Shown here in pieces: positions 42,269 through 51,738 of a stretch of DNA of 64,000 bases (within the stretch, counting starts at the first letter, position 1; each line of letters begins with the position of its first letter). The notes below the pieces were generated by a model. That model ran no database searches, was not told the origin of the DNA, and saw only the letters and a list, made by a program, of their open reading frames with translations. Position numbers and translations under genes: made by a program. Source of the stretch: Anaeromyxobacteraceae bacterium (GTDB lineage: Bacteria > Myxococcota > Myxococcia > Myxococcales > Anaeromyxobacteraceae); assembly GCA_047602405.1 (NCBI GenBank), contig JASGHJ010000002.1, positions 864,001-928,000 on the forward strand, read 5' to 3'.

Positions 42269-42467
42269 TTGATTTCGGCAGGTCTCGGGGGAACGGGTCG
42301 CGTCACGTTCTTGCGATGGGACCTGCGCGCCTCCCGCGCCCCGCTCCGGAAGCCGAGGGTGACGATGGCGGCGCCGCCACTCAGCATCGGCGAGGCGTTG
42401 GGCGCGCGTGCGATGGACGTGTACTCGGGGTTCGTCTAGTCTGTAGCCCCCTGGACCGGGAGGCCGC

Positions 42468-43109
42468 GTGACCTCGCCATCGAAGGCACTTCTCATCGCG
42501 TTCACCCTCGCCATCCCTCTCTCCGCGAGGCCGCTCTGGTACGCGCAGGGCGGGCCGGATGGACGGGTTCGGGCCTGTGCCCAGGCCGAGGACCGCATCG
42601 ACGAGGTGCTCGCGCACGCCAACCAGGGCTGGTCGAAGGCGAGCGGCGGGAAGGGCTCCGCGTGCGCCTACAGGGCCCAGGGCGGCGAGGCCCTCATCGG
42701 TTACATGATCGACTGCCGCGAAGGCGGCGAGCACATGTTCTTCCGCACCCGCGACGACTGCGAGCGGTTCAGGACGACGGTGAACTCCGGGGCCGCGATC
42801 GAGCCCGAGCAGTACGTGCCGAAGGGCACGAAGAACCGAGCGGGGTGGATGAGCGCGCTCACCGCCTGCGTTCACACGATGGCGAAGCCGGCCACCCTCG
42901 AGAAGGCCGGTCTCGGGAATGTGGTCGCGCTGTGCGAGTGCCAGGCGAAGAAGTGCGGCATGGAGGCCGAGGTCACCCCGGAGGTCGCGAGCGAGGCGTT
43001 CATGGCGTGCCTTCGCGAGGCACCGCCCACCGTCCGCGCGAACCTGATCCTGGGGTACCAGGGCGCGAAGGGCGACCCGCCGCCGGCGTCCTCGAAACCT
43101 TCCAGGTAG
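42468..43109 (+). CDS. Secreted Cys-rich hypothetical protein
   Basis: Signal-peptide-like N-terminus; GGAGG RBS; several Cys. Confidence 0.65.
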   Translation: MTSPSKALLIAFTLAIPLSARPLWYAQGGPDGRVRACAQAEDRIDEVLAHANQGWSKASGGKGSACAYRAQGGEALIGYMIDCREGGEHMFFRTRDDCERFRTTVNSGAAIEPEQYVPKGTKNRAGWMSALTACVHTMAKPATLEKAGLGNVVALCECQAKKCGMEAEVTPEVASEAFMACLREAPPTVRANLILGYQGAKGDPPPASSKPSR

Positions 43110-43181
43110 TGCCCTCAACCGCGCGCTCGACCGTGAAGGCCGCGACGATCCGGCTGCCGCCCGCGAGGTCGCGGCCGCCGA

Positions 43182-44798
43182 TCAGTTCCCCCAGCGCGCG
43201 TGGACCTGGGGACCGGAGACGCCTTCCTCGATCCACGCGACGACGGGCCGCCCGTCGGTGTCGAGCGCGAAGGCCGCCGGCCGGCCGGGGTCGGTCGTCG
43301 CGAACGAGATGGGGGCCATCTCCTGGACCCACGCGCTCCCGTCGAACGGGAGGCTCGCCGCCTGGAGGCGGTGGCCGGAGCCCGCGCCCGGCTCCTGCCA
43401 GAGGAGGTGGAGCACGCCCTTCGACGCGATCAGCCCCTTCGCGATCGCCCCCGGGGACGCGACGCCTGGCAGGGCCGTCCAGGTCTGGCCGGAGACGTTG
43501 GCGACCTCCACGACGAGCCCGGCCCCGGGGACGCCGCGGGCGCGGAACAGCCTCCAGTAGTCGCTGTCGGACGTGGCGAGCACGGCGCGGTCGCCGTCGG
43601 GCACCGGCACGGGCGAGCCGATCGGACGCCAGGACGCGCCGTTCCACGCGAGGGTGCGCACGGCCGACCCTCCGCCGGCGCCCGGCTCCACCCACGACAG
43701 CACGGGCACGCCGCCCAGCAGCTCGAAGGCGGGCCGCCCGATGGACGACGACGCGCACGCCAGCTCGGGAGTCTCCTGCCAGGTCGGCGTGGGGCTGTAC
43801 CCGATCGGCTTCCGCACGCCGACGTGGGTGCAGCGGGCAGCCCCGGAGTCCCTCCAGGCCAGGCCCGCGCCGTGGGCGTTCATCTCGAAGGAGACCTCGG
43901 CCACGCCCTCCGTCGCGACCTCCCACGAGCGCACGAAGGAGGGCACGGTTCCCTCCATCCGGAAGACGTGGATGGACTTGCCCTGCACCAGGGCGGCCCA
44001 GTCGTACGGGTCCAGCCGCGCGAAGGCGACCGCCGACTCCGGCCGGAGCGCGCTGGTCGAGGTGCAGGCGTCGTGGATCCGGATGCCTCCGCCGACCTCG
44101 TCGTCGCCGACGTGCCAGCGGCGGCCCGCCCGCTCCAGCGACAGCGTCCGGCCCGTCGGCGTGCCCGCCACCACCTGATCGATCGTCGAGGGGACGGCGA
44201 AGGTCCACTCCGCGCTCGTCGGGTTCCCGGCGAGGTCCTGGACCGTCAACCGGATCGACCCGGCCATCGGGATCGAGGGCGGGTCCAGCGCCACGAGCAA
44301 CCTCTGGTAGTCGGCGCTCGCGATCCGCAGGCCGTCGCCCTGGATCGAGATCGACTCGCGGTCGATGACCTCGTCGAAGTCCACCTCGATCGGACAACCC
44401 TGGAGGTGGTCCGCGCCCGGCAAGGGAGCGCGGCCCACGATCTTCGGCGGGGTCCGATCGACCGTGAAGGTCTCCTTCGCGAACCTCGTGCCCTCGCTGG
44501 TGGTCGCGCGGGCCTGCACCTCGTGGGCGCCCTCCGGGAACGCGGCCACGTCGAACCTGCAGACGCCGGAGCGGGGGGCCATGCAGGAGGGCAGCCCGTC
44601 GACGGTGAAGGTGACGTGGGTCACCTCGGGCGAGGCGTAGACCCCGACCTGCAGGGCATCCCGCACGTGGTCGTAGGGCTCGAACCTGATGGTGAACTCC
44701 TGCACCTGTCGTGGCCCGCCGCCGCCATCGTTCCGGCCGCAGCCCAGCACGAGAGCGAGTGCCCCGGCGACGATGATCGGCTTCGCGTGGCGGTTCAT
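43182..44798 (-). CDS. Lipoprotein with Ig-like domains and a beta-rich C-terminus
   Basis: Lipobox VLGC; FTVDRTPP, VQDLAGN Ig-type motifs. Confidence 0.7.
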   Translation of the reverse strand: MNRHAKPIIVAGALALVLGCGRNDGGGGPRQVQEFTIRFEPYDHVRDALQVGVYASPEVTHVTFTVDGLPSCMAPRSGVCRFDVAAFPEGAHEVQARATTSEGTRFAKETFTVDRTPPKIVGRAPLPGADHLQGCPIEVDFDEVIDRESISIQGDGLRIASADYQRLLVALDPPSIPMAGSIRLTVQDLAGNPTSAEWTFAVPSTIDQVVAGTPTGRTLSLERAGRRWHVGDDEVGGGIRIHDACTSTSALRPESAVAFARLDPYDWAALVQGKSIHVFRMEGTVPSFVRSWEVATEGVAEVSFEMNAHGAGLAWRDSGAARCTHVGVRKPIGYSPTPTWQETPELACASSSIGRPAFELLGGVPVLSWVEPGAGGGSAVRTLAWNGASWRPIGSPVPVPDGDRAVLATSDSDYWRLFRARGVPGAGLVVEVANVSGQTWTALPGVASPGAIAKGLIASKGVLHLLWQEPGAGSGHRLQAASLPFDGSAWVQEMAPISFATTDPGRPAAFALDTDGRPVVAWIEEGVSGPQVHARWGN

Positions 44799-44904
44799 GG
44801 CGGCCCCCCTGGCAACACCAGCAAGGCCCGCACTCGGAGTCAAGGAACATCGCCTGTGCCCGGTTGCCGCAGGTCCGGTCCGGTGGCTCGACCGGACCGA
44901 CGCA

Positions 44905-45009
44905 GAAAAGAGGAAGGCCGGGAGCCCACCCGCTCGTCGCGAGGGAACTCCCGGCCTTCCGGTTGCGCGCGGTAAGGGATTCGAACCCCTGGCCTTCGGC
45001 TCCGGAGGC
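44905..45009. repeat. Left att direct repeat (tRNA-Arg 3' portion plus downstream hairpin)
   Basis: 105-bp match to 56883-56987 with a few mismatches in the hairpin loop. Confidence 0.95.
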
Positions 45010-45363
45010 GGCCCTCGCATCGATGCAACCGTCCCAGCCGGTCGCAACCGTGCGGAACCTCTCGACCGTGGACGTGTGGTCGCCGTCCAAGGATCGCAAC
45101 CCAACCCAGGCACCGTGATCGGCTCTGCTGGACTCTCTGCTGGACCGAAACCGGGCCGAGGGCAGCTCGCGCTGGTGCCGGGGACCGTGGAGGGCCTGCT
45201 CACGGTCCGCGACGTGGCCGAGAGGTTGGCGGTCTCGACGGCGACGGTCTACGGGCTGGTCCGGCGGGGGCTCATCGCGAGCGTCCGGGTCTCGAACGCG
45301 ATCCGATTCGCGAGGAGCGATCTGGAGGAGATGATCGCGCGCGCGGGCTGGAGGCCCGACTGA
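45010..45363 (+). CDS. Displaced integrase C-terminal segment containing an excisionase-like HTH
   Basis: Same frame as the att peptide ARGKGFEPLAFGSG; LLTVRDVAERLAVSTATVYGLV...VRVSNAIRF. Confidence 0.8.
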   Translation, partial: GPRIDATVPAGRNRAEPLDRGRVVAVQGSQPNPGTVIGSAGLSAGPKPGRGQLALVPGTVEGLLTVRDVAERLAVSTATVYGLVRRGLIASVRVSNAIRFARSDLEEMIARAGWRPD

Positions 45364-45424
45364 GCCGGGTTCAGATTGTCCGTCGTCAACTGAGCGTCCT
45401 GGCTCGGGGAGTACCGTATCCGCC

Positions 45425-46078
45425 ATGGGAAAGAAGAGGCGGCGGGAAGAGCCCTGGTACCGGAACAGTTGGCGGGTCGCGCTGCTGTCGTTGGCGGTTG
45501 CCGTCTTGGCATTGGCGGCCAGCATCGTGATCTACGTCCTCCAGTCCCGCGACACCGCGCACGTCGAGTTCGTCCCGGCCCGGACGCGGATCGTGCTGCA
45601 CGAGGGCGACGGTCAGCCGCACGTCGCGATCCTCTCGCTCTTGAGCAAGGGGAATCGAGGAACGGTCGTGCGCGAAATCCGACTGGTAGATTCCGGTGGC
45701 CAGACGATTCGGGGCTACCGCAGCGCTCCTGTTGGCGAGTGCGATCCGCTGCTGCCTATCACCCTGGGTGCTCCGGATGAGCGCGCGGTGACTCTCCGGA
45801 TCTCGCCGGCGGAGGAGGCGCGTCTGAACCGGATCGAGGTGGATGCCATCGAGGGCGCGAAGCCCATCGTGTGGCCCTACGTGCGGATCTCCGGCTTGGC
45901 GGAAGGGCACGGCGGGGCTTTCGGCACCCTCACGATCACGCCCGCCCCCGCCGCGACGGCTCCAGGCGAAACCGCCAAGGCCTCGGACGGTGTCGTGGAC
46001 GAACTGATCCCGGCGAAGAACAACGCCGCCAGGCCTGCCGTTCCTACCTCCGCGCCCCCCAGCAAGACGCCTCCGTGA
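45425..46078 (+). CDS. Membrane-anchored hypothetical protein
   Basis: Basic N-terminus followed by one TM helix. Confidence 0.65.
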   Translation: MGKKRRREEPWYRNSWRVALLSLAVAVLALAASIVIYVLQSRDTAHVEFVPARTRIVLHEGDGQPHVAILSLLSKGNRGTVVREIRLVDSGGQTIRGYRSAPVGECDPLLPITLGAPDERAVTLRISPAEEARLNRIEVDAIEGAKPIVWPYVRISGLAEGHGGAFGTLTITPAPAATAPGETAKASDGVVDELIPAKNNAARPAVPTSAPPSKTPP

Positions 46079-46290
46079 GCCGCTGGAACCACGCGATCTG
46101 CTGGGACTGCTGGGAGCCGGTGATGAGCGCCGCCGGCTACCCGAACCGCGACCCGGTCCGGGTCATCGACTCCGAGCCGGTGCCCTGCTGCTGGTGCGGC
46201 ACCGAGACGGACGCGGGGATCTTCCTGCGGAAGACCCCCGAGGACCCGGGGCTCGCCTGTGCGTTTTCGACGTTCCACGAGGACGAGTAG
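46075..46290 (+). CDS. Small Cys-rich (CxxC...CCxC) hypothetical protein
   Basis: GTGA overlap with upstream stop; HAICWDCW...PCCWCG. Confidence 0.55.
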   Translation: MSRWNHAICWDCWEPVMSAAGYPNRDPVRVIDSEPVPCCWCGTETDAGIFLRKTPEDPGLACAFSTFHEDE

Positions 46291-46452
46291 ACGGTTTCTC
46301 TCTCGGTCGAAACTCACCGCTTTTCGGGGGCTTCGTTCCTGACGGCGTCCCCCGGCGAGGTCCGTGAAGTAGCGGGCTGCCTGGGACATGTCAGCCAGAC
46401 CCTTACTCTCCGTTTTGCGATGTCGGCGAGGCGCGCCCATAATGCCCTGGTC

Positions 46453-47190
46453 ATGCAGGGCGAGATCCTCATCGAGGTCGCCGGGCCAGGCGTACGACCG
46501 CGCACGGTGGCAGCGCGCGAGTTGCTCGCGCTGGCGTCGGCCTACCTCGACGCCATCGCCGGGCTCGTCAGGGACGAGCGGGATCACGAGCTGACCATCC
46601 AGGGAATCCGGATCGTCGCGAAGTGCGCCGCCGTCATGGTGCACGCCGACCGGGGCGATCTTGCTGCGGAAGCCGGCGCGCAGGCCACACGGTATCTCAC
46701 CAACCTGGACGACGCGCCTCACGGCGTCCGCAAGCACCTCGGGCGGCTCGCAGCCGCCATCGGGGAGCTGCCGCCCCAGTACACGCCCTCGGCGCGCTTC
46801 CGCACCTCGAAGGGCGAGCAGGTCTTCAAGCTGGAGGTGGTCAGGCCGGAGGTGACGCTCCCGGCGTTCGAGGTCGTCGTGCTCCGGGCCGAGCCGATCA
46901 AGGCCGGCGGGAACGAGCCCGAGGCTCGGTTTGAAGCGCGCGGGGAGGGGCGGTTCACGCTCAAGGCCCCAGGGGATTGGGACACCATCAGGAAGGTGGG
47001 AGCCTCCCTTCACAAGCCGTGTGACATCGTGGCGAAGGTTCGCCGCAACGCGGAGGGCGTCATCGAGGGCGGCGAGATCCTGGCCGTCGAGATCCCCGAC
47101 GCGGACTCGCGCGGCGCGTGGGAGAAGTGGTACGCGGCGAACGCCAGGAACGTGTCGTTCGAGTCCGAGCAGGAGGGCTCTGACGAGTGA
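46453..47190 (+). CDS. Hypothetical protein, partner of the PIN gene
   Basis: GTGA overlap with the downstream PIN ORF. Confidence 0.7.
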   Translation: MQGEILIEVAGPGVRPRTVAARELLALASAYLDAIAGLVRDERDHELTIQGIRIVAKCAAVMVHADRGDLAAEAGAQATRYLTNLDDAPHGVRKHLGRLAAAIGELPPQYTPSARFRTSKGEQVFKLEVVRPEVTLPAFEVVVLRAEPIKAGGNEPEARFEARGEGRFTLKAPGDWDTIRKVGASLHKPCDIVAKVRRNAEGVIEGGEILAVEIPDADSRGAWEKWYAANARNVSFESEQEGSDE

Positions 47191-47768
47191 GCGGCCCCGT
47201 CCAGACCCCCACGTTCGTCATGGAAGACGCCAAGCTTCCCCGCATGGCCGCCGTCGATGCCGGGGTCCTGTTCAGGGCGCTGGAGAAGAAGAAGAAAGAC
47301 CGCTTCGCCCAGGCGTGCAGGGACTTCTGGGTCGCGATGCTGAAGGACCCGAACCGGCGGATCATCATCCCCGCGCCGGCGTTCGCGGAGTACCTGCGCG
47401 GCGGCGCGTCCGCGCTGCCGAGCACGGCGCAGGTGTACGTGGTGCCGTTCGACGCGAGGTGCGCCGAGATCATGGCGGAGTCGCTGCCGCAGCACATCCT
47501 CTCGGTCCAGATCGCCGCGTTCAAGGCGCAGTACGGGAAGGACCGCGAGGGGAATGAGGCGCCCGGCTCGTTCATCAAGTACGACGCCATGATCGCCGTC
47601 TGCGCGAAGAGGTGGGGCGCCGACCGACTCGTGTCCATCGATACCGACCTGAAGAAGCTCGCCGCGAAGCTGCCGCTGGACTGCCAGACCCCCGACTACT
47701 TCTACGGCGACCAGGTGCACATCGACGTGGCGAAGCTCCGCGCGGTCGGGTCGTCCGAAGAGAAGTAG
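47187..47768 (+). CDS. PIN-domain (VapC-like) nuclease
   Basis: VDAGVL, PAPAFAEY, VVPFD, YDAMIAVCA, SIDTDL acidic tetrad pattern. Confidence 0.78.
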   Translation: MSGPVQTPTFVMEDAKLPRMAAVDAGVLFRALEKKKKDRFAQACRDFWVAMLKDPNRRIIIPAPAFAEYLRGGASALPSTAQVYVVPFDARCAEIMAESLPQHILSVQIAAFKAQYGKDREGNEAPGSFIKYDAMIAVCAKRWGADRLVSIDTDLKKLAAKLPLDCQTPDYFYGDQVHIDVAKLRAVGSSEEK

Positions 47769-47860
47769 CTCGCCAGTAAAGGCGACGCGCCCCCCCGGCA
47801 GGCCCTCGGACTCCGGGAGGAAGTCGGAGCCGGCACCCGATGCGCGGACGAGTACCTTGT

Positions 47861-48274
47861 TCACCGAGTGGTGCGGGCCGCCTCTTCAAGCTGATCGCGG
47901 CTGACGAAGGGCCAGACCCCATGGTCGCCCATCTCGAACCGAGGGGAAAGGCAGCATATGACTCTCCCCACGAACGGAACAGACGCGAGCGGAGGCCACC
48001 GATACGACAGATCGGACCTCAAGAACGTGATGCAGCGGCGGAATCCGTCCGACGCCTCAACTGACAGCGCGAAGCGCCCTTCGAGGCGATGCTCGTGCAG
48101 GTCGTCGTAGTAGTGCCAGACCCAGGCGTACACGGCGTTCACCGCCCGATCCTTGGACCTTGGGTAAGCCTTCTCGAACTCGTCGTTCGTGATCCCGCAC
48201 GCCGCGAGCTTTCCGATGAGTTCAGCTGCCCTGTCCCGCGCCGATTCGTCTCGAACGTCCACGACCGGGACCAT
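47861..48274 (-). CDS. Hypothetical protein
   Basis: ITNDEFE...WHYYDDLHEHRL...RCITFLRSDLSYRWP...WPF; protein-like composition. Confidence 0.65.
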   Translation of the reverse strand: MVPVVDVRDESARDRAAELIGKLAACGITNDEFEKAYPRSKDRAVNAVYAWVWHYYDDLHEHRLEGRFALSVEASDGFRRCITFLRSDLSYRWPPLASVPFVGRVICCLSPRFEMGDHGVWPFVSRDQLEEAARTTR

Positions 48275-48333
48275 ACCGCGCGCACGCTCCGCTCGCGACG
48301 TTGGCAGGACGGGATGCCGAACGCCATGCCGGC

Positions 48334-48555
48334 CTACTCCCCGGGCCAGCGCGCCGCAGTCGAGCTGCACTCCGAGAAGATCACCCGCACGGCAACGCTG
48401 GGCAGGCCCGCCGCTTTCGCATCGGCCAGGAGCTGCTCGCCCTTCGCGATCTCGTCGGCGGGCGTCGTCGGGAGCTGCACCACGACGAGGCACCCCTGGG
48501 GGCTCAACGCGAACTCCAGCGCCTTGATCCGGCTCCCGTGGGACTGGAAGGCCAT
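48334..48555 (-). CDS. Hypothetical protein
   Basis: Tightly packed in the minus-strand operon. Confidence 0.5.
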   Translation of the reverse strand: MAFQSHGSRIKALEFALSPQGCLVVVQLPTTPADEIAKGEQLLADAKAAGLPSVAVRVIFSECSSTAARWPGE

Positions 48556-48558
48556 GGG

Positions 48559-48882
48559 CTAGTGCGAGGCCGTGCGGTTGCGGGCCATGGCCTCTTCGAG
48601 CTTTACGATCCGGCCCTCGTGGTCTGCGTCGCGCAGCACCACGGCGAGCTTCGCGAGGAGGTCGCCCTTCGCGCGCGCGAGCGCGATCCGGAGCGTGGGC
48701 GACAGCTCGGCCGCCGGGATCTCGCACAGCTCGCGGTAGGCCGCCCCGAACGCGCGCCGGATGCCGGCCGGCGAGGAGGTGCGCGGGCCGCGCGGCTTCG
48801 CTCTCCAGTCGTCGCCCTCGGTCGTCGCCGGCGTCGTCTCGGCGGTGCTCTCGCTCTCGTTGTCCATCTCGTCTCCGTTCAT
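48559..48882 (-). CDS. Hypothetical protein
   Basis: Helical C-terminus DHEGRIVKLEEAM; operonic. Confidence 0.6.
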   Translation of the reverse strand: MNGDEMDNESESTAETTPATTEGDDWRAKPRGPRTSSPAGIRRAFGAAYRELCEIPAAELSPTLRIALARAKGDLLAKLAVVLRDADHEGRIVKLEEAMARNRTASH

Positions 48883-49169
48883 CTACGCCCCCGGTGCGCG
48901 CGCTCCCACGCCACGACTGCCCTCCGCTCGTCCTCGGCCCATCGCATCTCTTCCTCGTCCAGCAGCTCCGCGATCAGCTCCTCGCGGATCCCGTCGCGGC
49001 GTGCCTGGCGCTCGCGGCGCACCCGGTCCTGCGCCCGCCACATGGCGCGTACCAGGGGATCACGCAGCAGGCCGTCCCCCTCGGCGTCGTACCCCGGGGG
49101 CGCCGGGGCAATGATGCTGTGGTCGGCGCGCCGGATGAACGCGATCCGGCGGCGCGGCGGCCAGGGCAT
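48879..49169 (-). CDS. Hypothetical protein
   Basis: Abuts neighbouring ORFs. Confidence 0.5.
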   Translation of the reverse strand: MPWPPRRRIAFIRRADHSIIAPAPPGYDAEGDGLLRDPLVRAMWRAQDRVRRERQARRDGIREELIAELLDEEEMRWAEDERRAVVAWERAHRGRR

Positions 49170-49499
49170 CTAGTCCTCCTCGGCCTCGGGCTCGGGGTCG
49201 AAGCCGCGCCCCACGGACACAACCTCGTGCAGGTTCCGGCGCACGTAGTCGTCGCGCGCGGCGTCATCGGCCAGGCTCGATAGGAACCGATCCTCCTTGA
49301 TCGCCAGGGCGACGAGGATTGCGGCCCCGCCGAGCGAGCGGTCCACCGAGGCGTCCGCGAAGCGATGGGCGAGGGCCCGCGCCTCGTCATCGGGAAGCTT
49401 CTCGACGCGCTCCGCGAACTGATCGAGTTCATGGGCGGCACGGTCGGAAAGATTCAGGTCCCTGGCCGCCTCCCTCGCGATCTTGGTGGCGTAGCTCAT
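49170..49499 (-). CDS. Hypothetical protein
   Basis: GGAGG RBS; ATGA overlap with upstream ORF. Confidence 0.65.
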   Translation of the reverse strand: MSYATKIAREAARDLNLSDRAAHELDQFAERVEKLPDDEARALAHRFADASVDRSLGGAAILVALAIKEDRFLSSLADDAARDDYVRRNLHEVVSVGRGFDPEPEAEED

Positions 49500-50362
49500 C
49501 CCTGCACCTCCTTCGTGGTCGTCGTGAACTTCGACTCGGCCAAGACCGCGGCGAAGAGCAGCTCGCTGCGCTTGAAGACCGACGCGCCGTCCAGGAGGAG
49601 GCCTAGGGCCTGCGCCACCAGGGCGGAACTGTTCGCGCCGATGCCGCCGCCGTTCATCCTGTCCCGGAGGTATAGGTGATCGAGCGCGCTCAAGAGCGCG
49701 GCCTTGCTCTTCGCGAGCCGCGCGGGGTCGTTCACCGCCGCGCGCACCCGGGCGGCGTCGCGGGAGTCGGCCTCGCGGGTAGCCTGTTCGAGTTCAGCGC
49801 GAACCCGCTCAAGCGCGACTTCCAGCGCGTCAGCCTCGGCCAGCGCGGTCGCCTCGATCTCGCTCGCCCGCGCCAGGAGGTCCCGCCGCTCGACGAAGAG
49901 CCGATCCGCGTCCGGCCCGGGGTCGAGGGCGCGGCCGATCTGCGCCTCGCGGTGGTGGTCCCGCGCGCTCGACGCGGCGGCGGCCAGCTCCGGGAGCCGA
50001 GCCCGCGCCGCCTCCAGCTCCCCGAAGATCCGGACGTGCTTCGCGCGGAGGTTCACGATCCGCAGGTCGTCCTCGTGGCGGCGGAGAGGACTCGCGGACC
50101 AGTCGCTTCCGTTCGGGCTGGCCCCCGTGGGCGTGCCGGCCGGCCTCGGTTCGCCCCCCTGGGTGGGCCCTGCCGGCGGGGGGTCCGACGCGGCGGCCGG
50201 CGCCGTGCCCGCCGCTGCCCCTCCGCCCGGCGCGGCGGGCTCGGTCGCCTGGCCGGCCTGCTCCAGCTCGGCGGCGCGGTCGGGCAGCGAGCCTGCCGCC
50301 TCGGTCGGCGGGATGCCGCCTCGACGGAAGGGAAACGCCAGGGCCTTGCGCGTGGTCGCCAT
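49496..50362 (-). CDS. Hypothetical protein, disordered N-terminus plus coiled coil
   Basis: Pro/Ala/Gly-rich start followed by heptad-like helices. Confidence 0.65.
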   Translation of the reverse strand: MATTRKALAFPFRRGGIPPTEAAGSLPDRAAELEQAGQATEPAAPGGGAAAGTAPAAASDPPPAGPTQGGEPRPAGTPTGASPNGSDWSASPLRRHEDDLRIVNLRAKHVRIFGELEAARARLPELAAAASSARDHHREAQIGRALDPGPDADRLFVERRDLLARASEIEATALAEADALEVALERVRAELEQATREADSRDAARVRAAVNDPARLAKSKAALLSALDHLYLRDRMNGGGIGANSSALVAQALGLLLDGASVFKRSELLFAAVLAESKFTTTTKEVQG

Positions 50363-50539
50363 CTACGGGCCCGCCCGGCGCTTGGCCCGGGGCGACGGCG
50401 CGCATGCGTCGGGCCGCTGCGCCTGGTCGGCGGTGAGCGTCCGGATCTCGATGCCGGCCGACCCGTAGGTGATCGGGGGTCGAGGCGCCGCGCCGGTGCC
50501 GGCGTCGCGCAACGGGTTCTTCTTCGTGCTTTTCGCCAT
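50363..50539 (-). CDS. Small hypothetical protein (58 aa)
   Basis: AGGAGGAG RBS; MAKSTKKNPLRD...; stop abuts next start. Confidence 0.55.
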   Translation of the reverse strand: MAKSTKKNPLRDAGTGAAPRPPITYGSAGIEIRTLTADQAQRPDACAPSPRAKRRAGP

Positions 50540-50624
50540 CGTCGGCTCCTCCTGGTGGCCGGCGACGGCCGGCCGATGCTCCCAGAAGGTGCCCGGCGGA
50601 CACTCGCAACGTGCAGAGAAGATG

Positions 50625-50978
50625 CTAGGCGGAGCCGGGCCGGCTCCGGTCGCGCCAGCGCCGCACCGTCTGCGGGTGGACGTTGAACCGGCGCCCCGCG
50701 ATGCCCAACGCGCGCTCGACGCCCACGCCCTCGGCCAGCTTCTGCTCCACGAGCCGCACGGCCTCGACCTCGCGGATCTCGTTGTCGGGGCCGGCGTGCG
50801 CGCGAACGTAGCGCAACAGGACGCCCTCGGGACTGTCGGGGTGCGGGTTCTTCGAGGCGAGCACCGCCAAGGCGGCGACGGCGACCGTTCGAGGAGGAGG
50901 CGGATCGGGGCGGCGCGCGCGCGGGGGCCGCGCCCTGATCACGCCCATCGCCCCCCTCGCCGCCGCCGTCGAGCCCAC
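50625..50978 (-). CDS. Hypothetical protein with C-terminal HTH-like segment
   Basis: IAGRRFNVHPQTVRRW. Confidence 0.5.
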   Translation of the reverse strand: MGSTAAARGAMGVIRARPPRARRPDPPPPRTVAVAALAVLASKNPHPDSPEGVLLRYVRAHAGPDNEIREVEAVRLVEQKLAEGVGVERALGIAGRRFNVHPQTVRRWRDRSRPGSA

Positions 50979-51084
50979 GCGCGCGCCCCGCCCCCCTCAC
51001 ACCCTACCCGTCGTCCACGACGTGTCGGCGCCCCGTGGTGTCCCGGAAGCGCGCTTCCCGGCCGCCCCTGGCTGACCCCCGCCG

Positions 51085-51738
51085 CTACGGCGTTTCGGCC
51101 CGTATCTCGGGATCAACTTTTCGGGACGGGTCGAGCGGGAGCACGGGCGCGCCCACCAGGACCCGGGCCACCGTCGAGCGCGGCACCTTCAGGGCCACCG
51201 CGATCTTCCGGATGCTCTCCCCGGCGTCGCGGCGCGCGACCACCTCGGACCGCTGCATAAAGGAGAGGCGCGGCGGCCGACCCCATCGCTGACCCTCACC
51301 CTCCATCCGCTCGCGGGCGGCGGCGATGTTGTCGTTGATGGCCTGACGCTGCACGCGCGCGCCCAGCGCGAGGCCGAAGATGATGCACTCCGAGGCGAGG
51401 TCGTCGGTGCCCACCGGCTTGATCACCAGGTTGTCGCCCGGGATGTGCAGCTCGCAGCCCGCCTGCCGGATCTCGTCTACGATCTTGTACGTGTCCGCGA
51501 CGCCGCTCCTCGTGAGCCGGTCGATCTTGAAGACGTAGAGCTTGCGGATCTCCCCGACCCGGATCGCGGCGCGGACCCGGTCCAGCTCGGGCCTGGCGAG
51601 CTTCTTCCCGGACCGCTTCTCGCAGTACCAGGTGACGACCGTGTCGCCCCTGGCGGTGGCCGCGCGCTGGATGGCGTCGCGCTGGGTGGCCAAGTCCTGC
51701 GACTTCGAGCTGACGCGGGTGTAGGCGGCGACGTTCAC
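51085..51738 (-). CDS. Small serine recombinase (resolvase/invertase) with C-terminal HTH
   Basis: YTRVSS (catalytic Ser), RPEL, KIDRLTRS, GRPP, SIRKIAVALKVPRSTV. Confidence 0.92.
   Translation of the reverse strand: MNVAAYTRVSSKSQDLATQRDAIQRAATARGDTVVTWYCEKRSGKKLARPELDRVRAAIRVGEIRKLYVFKIDRLTRSGVADTYKIVDEIRQAGCELHIPGDNLVIKPVGTDDLASECIIFGLALGARVQRQAINDNIAAARERMEGEGQRWGRPPRLSFMQRSEVVARRDAGESIRKIAVALKVPRSTVARVLVGAPVLPLDPSRKVDPEIRAETP

Noticed and set aside
44964..45009. Second tRNA-Arg gene
   Set aside because: Only the 3' portion is present; it is the att duplication
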